A DNA stretch of 64,000 bases from Tubulanus polymorphus (lineage: Eukaryota > Animalia > Nemertea). Positions 12,830 through 26,045 of the stretch are shown piece after piece (the stretch's first letter is position 1; every line of letters starts with the position of its first letter). The translations under genes and the position numbers were made by a program. The DNA lies in assembly GCF_964204645.1 (NCBI RefSeq), contig NC_134025.1:17769101-17833100 (forward strand). Reading direction: 5' to 3'. Below the pieces are notes generated by a model. It saw nothing but the letters and a program-made list of their open reading frames with translations. It did not search any database and was not told where the DNA came from.

Positions 12830-14490
12830 AGTAATAGATAACTATAGAGGTATTACCTCACTGTCATGCATGGGAAAACTATTCACAAGTGTGATCAATG
12901 ACAGACTATCTTCTTTCCTAGAGTCGAGTAATTTGCTGAATAACAACCAAGCAGGATTCCATAAGAAACACAGTATAGTTGACCATATTTTCACGCTAAA
13001 ATCCGTAGAGGACACCTTTCTTAATAGTAATCGTCGGCTAAACTGTGTGTTTATCGATTATAAAAAATGTTTTGATAGCATTTGGAGGAAAGCCCTACGC
13101 CATAAGTTAATCCAAACTGGAGTTACGGTAAAATTATTAAAAGTTATTTTCAATATGTACCAGCAAATTAAGTCATCTGTTGTTGCGAATTGTACGGTGT
13201 CAGCTCCGTTTGAAAGCGTCAAGGGTCTCAGATAGGGCGAAAACCTGTCGCCAATATTATTCTCTGTATATGATTTAGAGCAACATCTTCTCCAAAATAA
13301 TTGTCCATCGATAAATTTTGTCAAAGATGACAAAGTAGAAATATGGTTTAGGTTATCTATTTTAATGTATGCTGAGGATATGGTTATGATGGCTGAAAGT
13401 CCGCAAAATATCCAAGATATCCAAAAATTGATGAACTAATAGTTTATTGTAAAAAATGGAAATAAGTCATTAATTGTGAAAAGATGAAATATGTAATTTT
13501 CCAAAAAAAAGAAAAAAGGGCTATACCAGAATTCTTTATCGACAGACAAGTAGTTGAAACTGTGGATAGTTTCAAATACCTGGGTATTTTGTTTTCTCAT
13601 ACTGGCACATTTGCCAAATGTCGTAAAGGTCTGGCTGAACGAGCAAAGAGTGCAAGAATATTCTTTAGATGTAGATGTAGCACTTCAGCTCTTTGATTCA
13701 ATGGTTTTGCCAGTTATGACGTTTGGATGTGAAGTGTGGGGCTCGAAAATCTAAATATATTACAAAATCTTAGGTTTTGTAAATATTTATCGACGCTGAA
13801 AAAGATCAACAGCATGTATTTTTATACATGGTGAGCTGGCCCGGACCCCCCGAGAAATCAGTATTAAAATCCAAATGTTAAATTATTGGGCTAAGTTAGT
13901 CAGCCGAGAAACCCTCTCATCAATAACGTGCAGGTATATATACAGTCAATATGTAAGGGGGCTGCCAAACCAATGGATCCAGCACATACTATTAGAATCT
14001 AATGGACTGGGTAATTTTTGGATTGACCAATCAGTTCCGGATTTTACGATTATCAAATCATTGATTAAACAAAGATTGAACGATCAATATGTTCAAAATT
14101 GGTACAGCAGTGTCCAGGAGAGCCATATTGCAGCCACGTATAAATAAATACCTTTAAGTAGAATGGGGCTTTGAAATATATCTAATTAGTTTACCGTATG
14201 ACTTAAGAACCACCTTATGCCGATTTAGATGCTCAAATCACAAATCACCAATTTTAAGTTGGGAGATATAACCGAATTAATAGGGAAGAACGTCACTGCA
14301 CGAAATGTGAAATTCAAACCGTTGGCGACGAGGAAACATTTTTTACGTCATTGCCCTTTCTTTCATGAACTTTAGAATAAGTACATCCATCCCGCTTCCA
14401 GAGGGCTGGTCCAGGTCAGCTCAGCAGATTGTTTAACTCTGCTGAAACTTCAAAAGTAGCAGTATTCATGAAAAAAGGATAAGCATGCTA
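12830..14490 (+). pseudogene. 5'-truncated LINE RT remnant (RTE-X-like)
   Basis: NYRGITSLSCMGKLFTS, NQAGF, FIDYKKCFDSIWR, GENLSPILF, FKYLG, FGCEVWG and FRCSNH, followed by a C-terminal Cys-rich remnant. The clade call is by motif recollection. Confidence 0.8.
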
Positions 14491-14689
14491 TGTTTAACCA
14501 TAAACCATAATATCTGTGTTGAAGGTTGTGTTATCACTTGCTGAATGATTAATACCTGACGATTTTTAACCCTTTGGGACATGAAGCATAATCTTCCTAA
14601 AAACTCTTCATAACTATCGCGATGAAGATAATATAAGATAATATTTCATGTCTGAAACGCTTAACTTCTATAACTTCTGCCTTTATATT

Positions 14690-15000
14690 TAGGGTTTCTG
14701 CTGCCTTCACAGAAACCCTATTGTATTCCTGCTGATTATTATTATTAGAGTTTATGCTGCCTTCACAGAAACCCTTTTGTATTCCTGCTGATTATTATTA
14801 TTAGAGTTTCTGCTGCCTTCGCAGAAACCCTATTGTAATTCTGTTGATTATTATTATTATTATTAGGGTTTCTGCTGCCTTCGCAGAAACCCTATTGTAT
14901 TCCTGCTGATTATTATTATTATTAGGGTTTCTGCTGCTTTCGCAGAAACCCTATTGTAATTCTGTTGATTACTATTATTATTATTATTATTATTATTATA
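14690..15000. repeat. Five tandem copies (~55-60 bp) of the family C 5' hairpin plus (ATT)n
   Basis: Copies start at ~14690, 14744, 14802, 14864 and 14923. Confidence 0.9.
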
Positions 15001-15540
15001 TTCTTTTTCACACTGGATCGTACTGAAAGGATATAAACAACTGCAATTTACTTTCATTGTCGGTGAAACCATTCTGCATCACAAGTACTACGCTGCATTG
15101 ACAAATACTGTATATGATATTAATTAGAATTGCACTGTTTACTCACTGTGAGCCTCTAAACATCGAAATTTAAGCCCGATTCAAACAGTATCCATATACG
15201 TATGTGTATTGCCTATGTGTCATTCCCACAGCGCCTCCTAAATACGTGTGTTTGTGTCTGTGTCCTTATATCGATAGAGCTGTGTTGTTCTAGATCTGTA
15301 GTAAAGACGTAAGCAGTAGTGATATTTTTATCTCTTCCTTCTACGAATCGATTGTTGAATTAGCACATTGCTCAACTGAACGCAACTGAGGAATTTTTAA
15401 TAGCCTTGTTTGTGTTTGTCAACCCATTTAGTCTTCTGACATTTAGTCTCCCGGACATTTAGTCTTTTCCACTTGGTCTTCTGACAATTAGTCCTCTTTA
15501 CAATCTTCAGCACAGTTATTTATAATTATTCATTTGTCCA

Positions 15541-16971
15541 CTAATTTCGCAGGTTGCGTCCAACACGACGCAAAAAGTCAACTATACTTGATTTACCATC
15601 GCGATGTTGCTCACAGAGGTTTTTCAGCCGATTTTGTAGCTGAACGTAATTTCGTTTGACACGTTTTTTTGGTGGACTCCCAGCTTCCATTTGTGCCAGA
15701 ACAGTTTCAACAACGCAATTTTCCTGCTGCAAGCATTCGATAGCACGCCAGATAGATGGATGTTTTGTTCCGACCAATATACGGAATTTATTGTTCCAAG
15801 CCTCTGACAAATTGTTTGTTCTGTCCTAAGAATTTATGGTAACAGTATGCATGTTCCAGGTCTTTGGAGGATACTGTGGGGGAACATGCTTTAAACGGAA
15901 CAGTCCACCTGGAGCACTGATTTTACGGTACGTTGAAACAAAGTTACTGCCGAAGTAATCAACAAGCTCAGTTGCCTCTTCTGGAGCAGTCTCGCGTATA
16001 TGATTGTATCTGGATTCAACATCATCCACAGGCAAGAAGGCCAGTCCATTTAACTTTCCACAGAATAACTGAAAATCTTTATCGTCCCTGTACATAGTAG
16101 CAAGTCCAAGGTTTTGAATCTTACGATATATACACTGGGCTAAATGATAGAAGCATCCTCTTATTTCAATATCACCAAACACAGATTTTGTTGTATTGAG
16201 AACTGCCAACTCAAAATCTATCACAACAGTTTTCGGCGAGAGAAATAGTCCCTTCTCATCGCACTTTTCACATAATACGGTGAGAAATTCTTCATAAGTT
16301 TCCTGAGTTTTCCTTTGAAGGAATGCATAAACGGTTGAAATAGCAGAATCAGCCAGAGGGACATGGATTACATACAACTGTTCGAACAAAGTTGGTGCCA
16401 TCTGGAAATTTCCGTCCATGAACCACGTATCAGCTTCACAGAGTTTTTTCAAACATATGTCTGTTGCAAAAATCATGATTCTTGATGTTGTGCTTGCGTT
16501 ATCGTACAACAGGAACTCTTCTCCATCCTCTCGGGTTAGAGACCATGTATCTGTAATGAACAGCTCATCATGGGTTGCAGGATCTTTTGGATATTTCTTG
16601 CGTCGAACTCTTTGCATTACTTTCTTGCATGTATCAGCGTGAGGTAATCAGCTTTGTACATCTGGGTTGTTAAATCTTGAAATTATTTCTGAATGTATTT
16701 GAATTGGAATTTCTCTCGTATTTTCAGCTCGTTTCTTCATTTGAAATCTTGCTTTAGTTACTTCAATTTCTGTCATATCTCTACAATGACTATGTTCTGC
16801 GGTTTCTTTAGGTCCAGTGATTTCTTTACTCGTCATTAAGCTTCCTTTACAGCCATCATTTCTTTTTACACACACCCAGCGAATACTTTCTTTTTTGGTG
16901 TATTGCTTTGTATACATGTAACCACTGTAACACAACTTCTGGCCACCTCGGGTACTTTCAATTATTTCCAT
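15541..16971 (-). pseudogene. FLYWCH zinc finger + MULE transposase, one reading frame (~476 codons) with two premature stops
   Basis: GGQKLCYSGYMY...WVC...C...HSH, WFMDGNF, VIDFELA, GCFYHLAQ and RTNNLSEAWN. The three listed ORFs are in frame, separated only by TGA (16648) and TAG (15826). Confidence 0.92.
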
Positions 16972-18029
16972 CTTCTGAGAGCTGTCCTTTAAGCATGGAG
17001 TTTAATATTGGACTAAATGAAATTTGAAAATAGCCCCTTATATATGATTCAGTAGGGCCTTATATATGATTTAGTAGTATGATTTGCTGATAAATTACTG
17101 ATTGAATGATGATCAAAAGCAAGAAAATTGTCTGAGTTATGACTATATCGTCACTTCATTAGTTATCAATTAGGTACGTGAACATCTTATCACATTTATT
17201 GATTTAAGCCTATCCAATAGTTAATTAATCGATCAATTGATTATAATGCATGAACAGTCTTTGCGCTTGCATATTGTGCTATTATCCGCGAAGCAATAAC
17301 ATGAAAAGTAAAATTTTAAAAGCAAAAGGGGAAAAATAAGAAATGAAATTGAGTTTCCCTAAGTTTATTTTTTGGGTGTTTCAGAATTAAAATCTTCTTT
17401 GTAAATCCTTGCTGTAGTTCCTCCACGCACGTATCATCCCAAAGTCTTCAAAATAGAGTTTAAAGACAAGCTTTTGTTATTTTGGATATGGATATTCTAA
17501 AGGGGATATTTACTAAATATGATTTGCACTTGCTAGCTATTTAACTTTTCCTTTAGATTAAAGATCTATTTATCAATAAATTAATTAATGTTTCCTTAGA
17601 TTAAATCATCATCATCATCAATATCACGGACGAATGGAGGCCTGTTGAGGCCTATTGGTGTCTGGCTCGTTTGGTGATTAATATTAGTTTAGGTGAAAGG
17701 GTTAAAAATGTTTCTCATGTAGCCATGGTTTGATTTGCACCTACCCATCTTAAAGATGGGCGTTAAATGTTCTTAAGATCAGTTAGAATGGTTGCCAAGT
17801 AAACATATAACATAACATGACTAGTTTAAAATATTGATATCAATAACCTATCATTTCAGGTTTAGATTTTAGTTAAAATAATAAAGTTATCTATATATAG
17901 TTATTAAGTTCTAATAGTTTTCTAGAGAGAGGCTTTTGAGATTAGTTATCCGTACTCGAGTTATCTAAATAAGTTTTTCTCAGTAATTTCCACATTGATA
18001 AAAATGTGATATTCATAGGTATTGTTTCA

Positions 18030-18255
18030 TTAGATTAAAGAATAACTAATTAATAATTAATTAGTTCCCTTTAATCTAGCCTCTTTTAACAATAACCCTA
18101 CATGTGAACTGAAATCATTAGTACTCATTGGCCTGTTTAGGCTATATGTATTGTTTCCTTAGATTAAAGAATAACTAATTAATTAATTAATTAGTTCCCT
18201 TTAATCTAGCCTCTTTTAACAATAACCCAACATGATTGTGAACTGAAATCATTAG
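18030..18255. repeat. Direct repeat pair (~95 bp, period ~129 bp) in the MULE non-coding region
   Basis: TTAGATTAAAGAATAACTAATTAA...CTCTTTTAACAATAACCC...GTGAACTGAAATCATTAGT occurs twice. Confidence 0.8.
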
Positions 18256-19245
18256 TTCCCACTAGCTTATCAAATTATGCAGTTCCTAAAGAGCAACTAA
18301 TCTATTGTTGTCCTCAGATATATTTTTGGTAACAAGAAAATTGTGAAGAGAATTCAGCCATATTATCAGTATTTTAAGATAATAAACCCCAGGTTTCAGG
18401 CTTCCACTAACTGTACCTCCCTAGAAGGAAGACTAAATGTCCCAATTTGGAAGACTAATTGTCAGAAGACTAATTGGATGGAAACTAAATGTACAAAGAC
18501 TAAATGTCGGAAGACTAAATGTACCAAATTTGTATACAAGTTAGAGAGCTGGCAACACTAGTAGTGAGCATCATAGGCTTTAATACTTCGAATTCATCTA
18601 GTAACAAGAATATTACTCAACGGATTTACTTGAAACTTACGTGAGATGTACGGAACACAGGTACCTTGAGGTAAGTCTAATTGCTCTTTGATTGGGGACC
18701 CCGTTCACCCACAAGGGGGCGTTTTACTTTTGAAAATTCTGACATCGAAAAGTTAATGTGTGAGAAAAATTTTTGTCTTTGAGTTTTCAGCTTTGGCCGA
18801 AAGTTGTTCATGACAGCCCGGAGGCTAAAAAAGTCAGGGCACGCCCTATCTGCGATAAACCGTTTGGGCACTACGGGCTCGAAAATGGGACCCCAAATTT
18901 TTCAAAGAGATTTTTGCTCGTAGCTCCTTAGCCGGTGGAGATAGAATTGTGGTTGCAACGAGTGATCAGTAGCCCTTGACAAGACGCTTGTATTGATGTT
19001 TGGTATAACTATGTAACTCATATGGTTCTCCAGTAGCGCCACCTATAAGACGCTGGAAAAGACATTTTCATCTATATCGACTAAGGGTATCAATGGATTT
19101 TTATAAAAATTGATACACATATACCTGGTTACTAAATGCAACGAACCCCTCACATGATTAGTTCCTATTTTAACCACTAGGGAGCGTAAATTTTGAAAAA
19201 TCGATTTCGGCATCCATTTTTCGTATTTAATGCGGTCTGTTTATT

Positions 19246-20077
19246 CATGGTTCCTACAGATTGGTCTTTCCAGAATTTTAGGGTTTTTTTAGGGGTTTTC
19301 TAGGAGATATTAACCTAAATTTTAGGGGCCAATTATAATTATCGACACTTTTTTCCTACTGAAACTAACAACAAAAATCAAAAGCATATAACCATATGTA
19401 TTAACAAAACCCATATTTATTCTGCACTGTGTTCAGATACACAAAAGTTACAACGATATTCCTCACGACTGCTAAGAGAAACTATTCGATACTAAAGTGT
19501 AATATCCAGTTCATAAATTTTGCTTGAATAATATTCAATTAATTGGCTAACTTAGGGATTTGTTCAATAATGAGTAATTTGTCTATTGGTTTAATTAAGA
19601 GCCTGAGGTTTGTGGCCAGTTAAAAAACCGTTTAGTGTATATGACTAGTAGGCCTACTTAATTAGTGCTTGATAGACAATAAGCAGGAGGTGATTGGATA
19701 GTCTCTCTATCACCTCCCTGGTTAGTCAACAGTTCCTTCACTAGCCAGTACATTTCAATAATAATAGGCCTTTTGTGTCTGTGTGCTTTCATCTAATCTA
19801 AATTACATCTACAATGACCAGTGGAAACAATGAGCTGAATTGAGCTACTAACTTTAAAACAATTCAAAGGAATATAAAAGCCCACTATGATGTTTCACAT
19901 ACAGCATCACATTCAAAAATGATCCTAAGATTTTTTACGGAGATGATTTCCAGAATTTTAGGGGTATTTTAGGGGCCTGAGGTTCAAAAGCCAGAATTTT
20001 AGGGTATTTCTCCCCTAAAAAATGGAATTCCGGAATTTTAGGGTATTTTAGGAATTTTAGGGGCTGTAGGAACCATG
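19246..20077. mobile_element. MITE with 14-bp TIR CATGGTTCCTACAG and 5-bp TSD TTATT (hAT5-like)
   Basis: Perfect TIR. The empty site CTGTTTATTATGAAA is visible in the paralogous family C copy at ~21797. A near-identical copy lies at 48729-49550. Confidence 0.92.
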
Positions 20078-23000
20078 TTATTATGAAAATCACAAAACTT
20101 GGTGTAAGTACAAAGAAACGTGTGTGATATGCCAACCTGCATGATTAGTTCACACAACTGCCACCAGGGGACTCTGAAAACAACGATTTTTGCTCCCAGG
20201 TCCTTAACCGTTGGTGATAAAATCGAGGTTGAAATGTGTGGTTAGTAGCCCTATACAAGACACTTGTATCAGTGTATGGTTTAAGTAGGTAACTCATATG
20301 GTGCTCCAGAAGCGCCACCTACAAATTGTTGGAATTGCATTTTCATTGATATCTACTTATCGGATGGAGGAAATTCTATGAAAATTGATACACATGTACT
20401 TTGCTACGAGGAAATGGTAGAACACTGTATCACCTATTTTCACCTGTATCACCAAGTTATTTTCCCTAAACTTGGTACATCATTACTTTGCACTTAAGAG
20501 CCATGGGTCAACATATCCATGATATGGGCTGACCCATTATACAGGATGACCCCTAGGTGGCGCTTCTTCACAGATAGTGGTACGTAATGAACTGAAATCA
20601 GTGAAATATTTTGCAACCTTCCTAGTACGGTATTTAACCCGGCAAGGAAGAAACCCGTTATCGCTGCTTTGCAGCTATATTTATTATTATATTCTTTTTC
20701 ACACTGGATCTTACTGAAAGGATATAAACAACTGCAATTTACTTTCACTGTCGGTGAAACCATTCTGTATCACAAGTACTACGCTGCATTGATAAATACA
20801 GTACGTGATATTAATCAGAATTGCACTGTTTACTCACTGTGAGCCTCTAAACATAGAAATTTAAGCCCCGTTCAAACAGTATCCATCTACGTATGTGTAT
20901 TGCCTACGTGTCATTCCCACAGCGCGTCAGTGCGTCTGTTCGTGTCAGTGTCCCTATTAGCAGTGATAGAGCTGGTGTACTAGATCTGTAGTTTTTTAGT
21001 ATCTTAATATATATGTGGCGCACTGAATGGGGTCAGTCTCGAGTGAACGCAACTGAGGAATTTTTTGTGCCGCAACTTTGCAGTAACTTCCCTGGATAGA
21101 GCTAATGAATGCAGCTACGGTATCTATACGCGAGAGCCTGGATGGCTATATTCTGTTAGCATTACAATATTCCTTGACGGATTTACTTGAAACTTTCGTG
21201 AGATGTACGGATCACAGGTACCTTGAGGTAAGTCGAAGGGATCTTTGATTGGGGACCCCGTTCACCCACCAGGGGGCATTTTACTAGAAAATTCTGACAT
21301 CGAAAAAATACTGTGAGAAAAATTTTTGACTTGGAGTTTTCAGCTTCGGCCGAGCACAAAAGTTGTTCATAACAGCCTGGAGGCTAAAAAAGTCAGTGGC
21401 ACGCCCTATCTGCGATTAACCGTTTGGGCTCTACATGCTGAAAATGGGCCCCCAAATTTTTCAAAGAGGTTTTTGCTCCTAGCTCCTTAACCGGTGGAGA
21501 TAGAATCGTGGTTGCAATGAGTGACCAGTAGCCCTTGCGAAGACGCTTGTATTGATGTTTGGTATAACTATGTAGCTCATATGATTCACCAGTAACGCCA
21601 CCTATAAGATGCTGGAATACGCATTTTCATCTATATCGACTAAGGGTATCAATGGATTTCTATAAAAATTGATACACATGTACCTGGTAACTAAACGAAA
21701 CGAACCCCTCATATGATTAGTTCCAATTTTAACCACTATGGGGCGTAAATTTTGAAAAATCGATTTCAGCATCCATTTTTCGCATTTAATGCGGTCTGTT
21801 TATTATGAAAATCACAAAACTTGGTATAAGTACAAAGACATGTGTGTAATATGCCATCCTGCATGATTAGTTCATACAACTGCTACCAGGGGACTGTGAA
21901 ACCAACGATTTTTGCTCCTAGGTCCTTAACCGTTGACGATAGAATCGAGGTTGTAATGTGTGGTTAGCAGCCCTTTTCAAGATACTTGAAGTGATGTATG
22001 GTTTAAGTAGGTAACTTGTATGGTTCTTCAGGAACGCCACCTACATTTTGCTGGAAATACATTTTTATTCATATCTACTAAGCGGATAAAGGGATTTCTA
22101 TGAAAATTGATACACGTATACCTGGATATGAGATACAACAAACCCCTCACATAATAAGTTCCTATTCTAACCAGCGTGTCATTCCAATAGTGCGTCAGTA
22201 CGTGTGTTTGTGTCAGTGTTGATAGAGCTGGTGAGATTGATAGAGCTGGTGTACTAGATCTGTAGTTTTTTAGTATTTTTATCTCTTCTAATATATATGT
22301 GGCGCACTGAATGGAGTCAGTCTCGAGTGAACGCAACTGAGGAATTTTCATAGCCTTGTTTGTGCCGCATATACAAGCAATAGCATCCTTGCAGTAACTT
22401 CCCTGGATAGAGCTAATGAATGCAGCTATCTATACGCGTGAGCCTGGATGACTATATTCTGCTAGCATTACAATAATCCTTGACGGATTTACTTGAAACT
22501 TTTGTGAGATGTACGGAACACAGGTACCTTGAGGTAAATTGAAGGGATCTTTGATTGGGGACCCCGTTCACCCACCAGGGGGCGTTTTACTTTTGAAAAT
22601 TCTGACATCGAAAAGTTACTGTGAGAAAAATTTTTGTCTTTGAGTTTTCAGCTTCGGCCGAGCACAAAAGTTGTTCATGACAGCCTGGACCCGGTTCCAT
22701 AGTTGTAGGTTAAATTTTAACCCTAGGGTCAAATTCCTTAACCCCCCGTCAAATTTTAACCCTAGGGTCAAATCCGTTCCATAGTTGTCGGTTAGATTTG
22801 ACCCTAGGGTTAAAATTTGAAAAAAGAGTTAAATTTTAACCCAGGGTCAGACTAGAGTTAAATCCTTAACTCAGAGTTTTAAATGGCTGCTTTCTACTTG
22901 ATGGCTGGGCGACAAGCTAAGGAAAAGTCATATTCCTCGAGGATAGACCGTATTTTAACAGATGATGAACGCTACCACCGATATAGATTTAGTTTAGCAG

Positions 23001-23441
23001 GCATTGAGCGACTTTACGGTCTGTTATCACACCATCTCGTTGACAGAGATTCGAAATGTGGTCTACCTTTAACCAAAAAAAACAAACTTCTGATAGCATT
23101 GCGCTTTTACGCAAGTGGATCCTTCTTAGAAGTGATTGCTGATAGTTTTGGGGTGAGCAAATCAACGGTGTCAAGATGTATAAGCGAAGTGACCAATGCT
23201 CTATGCTCGTTGAAGAATGATATTATAAAATTTCCCACGTCAAATATTGAAATCGCAAAAACGAAAGCGGACTTTTATCTGATATCGCAATTTCCTGGTA
23301 TAATTGGGTGCATCGATGGAACGCACATACGAATACAGGGACCAAATGAGAATGAAGCCGATTATGTTAATAGAAAGGGATACCATAGTATCAATGTGCA
23401 GGCTGTTTGCAATGCCGATGGTAAGTTTAATATCTATAGTA

Positions 23442-24262
23442 CAGAGATGCTAGGGCCAAAGTACCAAAATTCCGGAATTTAGAACGGGCGTTTTTGCATC
23501 GCTGGAGATGCAGTGTCACGATCGGCATCTTTCATCTGAAAATACGACGGCAGGCATTCGTTGTGCTTCACATCCTCGCTGCCTTCTTATGCCGCGCGCT
23601 ATCCGGGTGACGAAGAATATCTTTTTTCCCGCCACTACCGTATTTGCCCTGGTCTTTACAAAGGACGCAGTACGCCACGCCAGCTAAGTCTATCTTATGA
23701 ATGTAGTTCGATAAGTAGTCCCCGTTACTGTTCTTACACTCTAGCCATTGCCGGTTAAATTTATTTTTTATACAGTTGTCAATTGCCTTTATATCGGCCG
23801 ACTCCCGACTGACAATCTTTCCGTGCATGCTCATTTTGCAGACCGTCTCGCAAAAAGAAAGTTACAAAGCTGCGTGGTAATAATTAAGATGATATTTATT
23901 AAATATTATCTTAATTATTACCACGTGCATCTTCACATTGTTGGCCGTCAGCGGGACGATGTACAACGGCACGTAAAGATAATTGACTTTTAATTGGAAA
24001 TGGCGTCACAACAGTGGCGCTCCGCCTACGCACGCACAGATACCACAACAAGCACACATATATACATTGTAGCAGAACGTCCTCGGAAACAGAGATCAAG
24101 ATAAAATAACACAGAAGCGACGACGAGTACAAACAAACGAACGCTTTTACGGTCCGTGCCATTACTGGTCGCCGCGAGGAATTCTCACCAAATTTCCGGA
24201 ATAGACATCGGCGATCCTAAATTTCTGGAATTCCGGATATTTCCAGAAAACTAGCATCTCTG
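23442..24262 (-). mobile_element. Internally deleted hAT-like element with 6-bp TSD ATAGTA in Harbinger intron 1
   Basis: Perfect 12-bp TIR CAGAGATGCTAG/CTAGCATCTCTG with ATAGTA on both sides. It retains an N-terminal zinc-finger ORF. Confidence 0.88.
23568..23834 (-). pseudogene. Truncated transposase N-terminus with BED-like zinc finger
   Basis: KNKFNRQWLE...AYCVLC...KKDILRHPDSARH (C2H2 spacing), inside the TIR element. Confidence 0.65.
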
Positions 24263-26045
24263 ATAGTAAGATATGTAAGCATATACATTTACACACCGCA
24301 AATTTATTGGTACAAAAAATAGATATTTAATTGACTCGCAAATAACAAGATTCGAAATATATACTTTAGAAGATTTTGGAATAGTGGTCTGAGCTCAGGC
24401 TAAGGGAGGGGGAGGGATTTTGGTAAGATATTCATACTTTTTAGCTTATGCTTTAAGAATATTCATTTCATCTTCAGGATTATTTACGAATATCGTTGCA
24501 CAATGGCCAGGAAGTTGTCACGATAGCTTCATCTACAGAGCCTCTCGCTTGCCAGGTAATGTATTGAGAAATTTAAGGCCTCGTAGTAAATGTAAAAGCA
24601 ATATTGGCCTACAAGGAGTTGAATTTAACTAAAGTGCTTAATGTTGCTTCAGCCGTTGTTGGCATAGCCCCGATTGGTTATTTAAGCCTAATAAACTTCG
24701 CAAAATGCAGTAGGTTTCTAAATAGAAAATGTCTACTCTAACTTCAATATAAAAAATCCATGTATTTTAATTAATCAATTATAATCTTACATTTTAGATA
24801 CTTGAATGGAACCCTTACAAAGGTCACTTGCTTGGGGATAGTGGATATGCCTTAAAACAACACCTCATTACACCATACTTGAATTGTAATGGACTGCAAC
24901 AACATAACTTTAATAGATCTCATAAACAAACCAGGTCAACTATAGAGAGAACATTTGGATGGCTAAAGAGAAGATTTCACTGTTTACATGGTGAATTAAG
25001 ATTAGCTCCTACAAAAGCATGCAAGGTTATAACAGCATGTGCAGTATTGCATAATTTCGCAATAATGAATAAAGAGGTTTTCAGGGATGAAGATGCAGTG
25101 AATTATGAACTAGTAGTAGATGAAAACTATGTTGCACATGCCGCTGATGAACAAGGGCTACATATGAGAACATATATCACAAACACTTATTTTTAAATAA
25201 GATTTGGTTCTACTTGTAATTGGTGAAGAGTGTGTGGAAAAGATGATTGGACAATTTCAATAACCAATACCATGAGTTTTCTGTCATACAATTAATGCAG
25301 ACTTGAGTATCAAATCATCAAAAAAATGTGCACGTATTAGCAATTTCAAGTTTTCGACACTAATTAGGTAAATGTTAGAGGTTATTGATGATATTAAATT
25401 TGGTAACTGGTAAGTAGTATCCCCTGGTAAAATTCCTCCAAATTTGAATTCGGAGCAAAATTCAACAAAATATTTTAATTTCAAAAACTTTTCAAATACT
25501 CTGTGGTGATATTATCGCAGTTTGGAAATTTCTATGAAGAAATATAGTATAAAAGTAGTAATACAATATCTATCTACATATTAGTTCCTAAATTTAATCG
25601 TAAAAAGTACTATCTATTTTCATTTGGGGTTTAACATAATACTGTAAATGATTGTGGTATGGAAATTTGGTCAATATTCTAAAAAAATATATTCGAATTT
25701 CGGATTTAGAATCATATCGACAGAAGCATGAACTATTGAGAGAGTTTCGGATTAGTACTTATTTATCACTTCAACTATATCAAAAATTTAGAATTAAAAA
25801 AAGATCTTTTCCATAGACTTGAATACAACATTTTTACCAACAGGGATAATTTCCACATTTTTTTCCTCAGCGACTGACACTCCAACATCCTCAACATAAT
25901 GCTGCTAACACAAGAGAGAACATGTAACAATTATTTCAAAGAATGGAACTTTTGCGACAATTTATTTGATAACAGAATTAACAAATATATAAAATATATA
26001 AAACTTTTGAAAAATAAACAAACAAATTCACTATTTTATACACAA

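Larger units (their letters stand above)
15420..18530 (-). mobile_element. MULE (Mutator-like) DNA transposon with repeat-built TIRs (boundaries approximate)
   Basis: Left end is arrayed CATTTAGTCTT and right end is arrayed AAGACTAAATG. The element encloses a FLYWCH-MULE transposase and interrupts family C unit 1. Confidence 0.85.
14688..20682 (+). mobile_element. HINE-like family C, unit 1 (hosts a MULE and a 5-bp-TSD MITE)
   Basis: 5' hairpin TAGGGTTTCTGC-TGCCTTC-GCAGAAACCCTA followed by (ATT)n. 3' end is the inverted motif GAAACCC, then hairpin GCTGCTTTGCAGC, then TATATTT. Confidence 0.75.
22883..25196 (+). pseudogene. Harbinger DDE transposase (HARBI1-like), 3 predicted exons: 22883-23420, 24478-24555, 24798-25196
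   Basis: [47 protein letters not shown] and IERTFGWLKRRF, with GT-AG junctions. Exon 2/3 phases do not match, which suggests a small frameshift. Confidence 0.88.

Noticed and set aside
14690-15000. CRISPR-like palindromic repeats
   Set aside because: The intervening sequences are near-identical (ATT)n tracts, not unique spacers. There are no cas genes, the context is eukaryotic and the repeat is a TE terminus.
19270-20065. TTTTAGGG runs as an interstitial telomere
   Set aside because: They are confined to MITE subterminal regions and are not a tandem telomeric array.
22883-25196. Domesticated host HARBI1 gene
   Set aside because: It lies inside TIRs with a TSD, has a Myb partner and an apparent frameshift, so it is a transposon copy.
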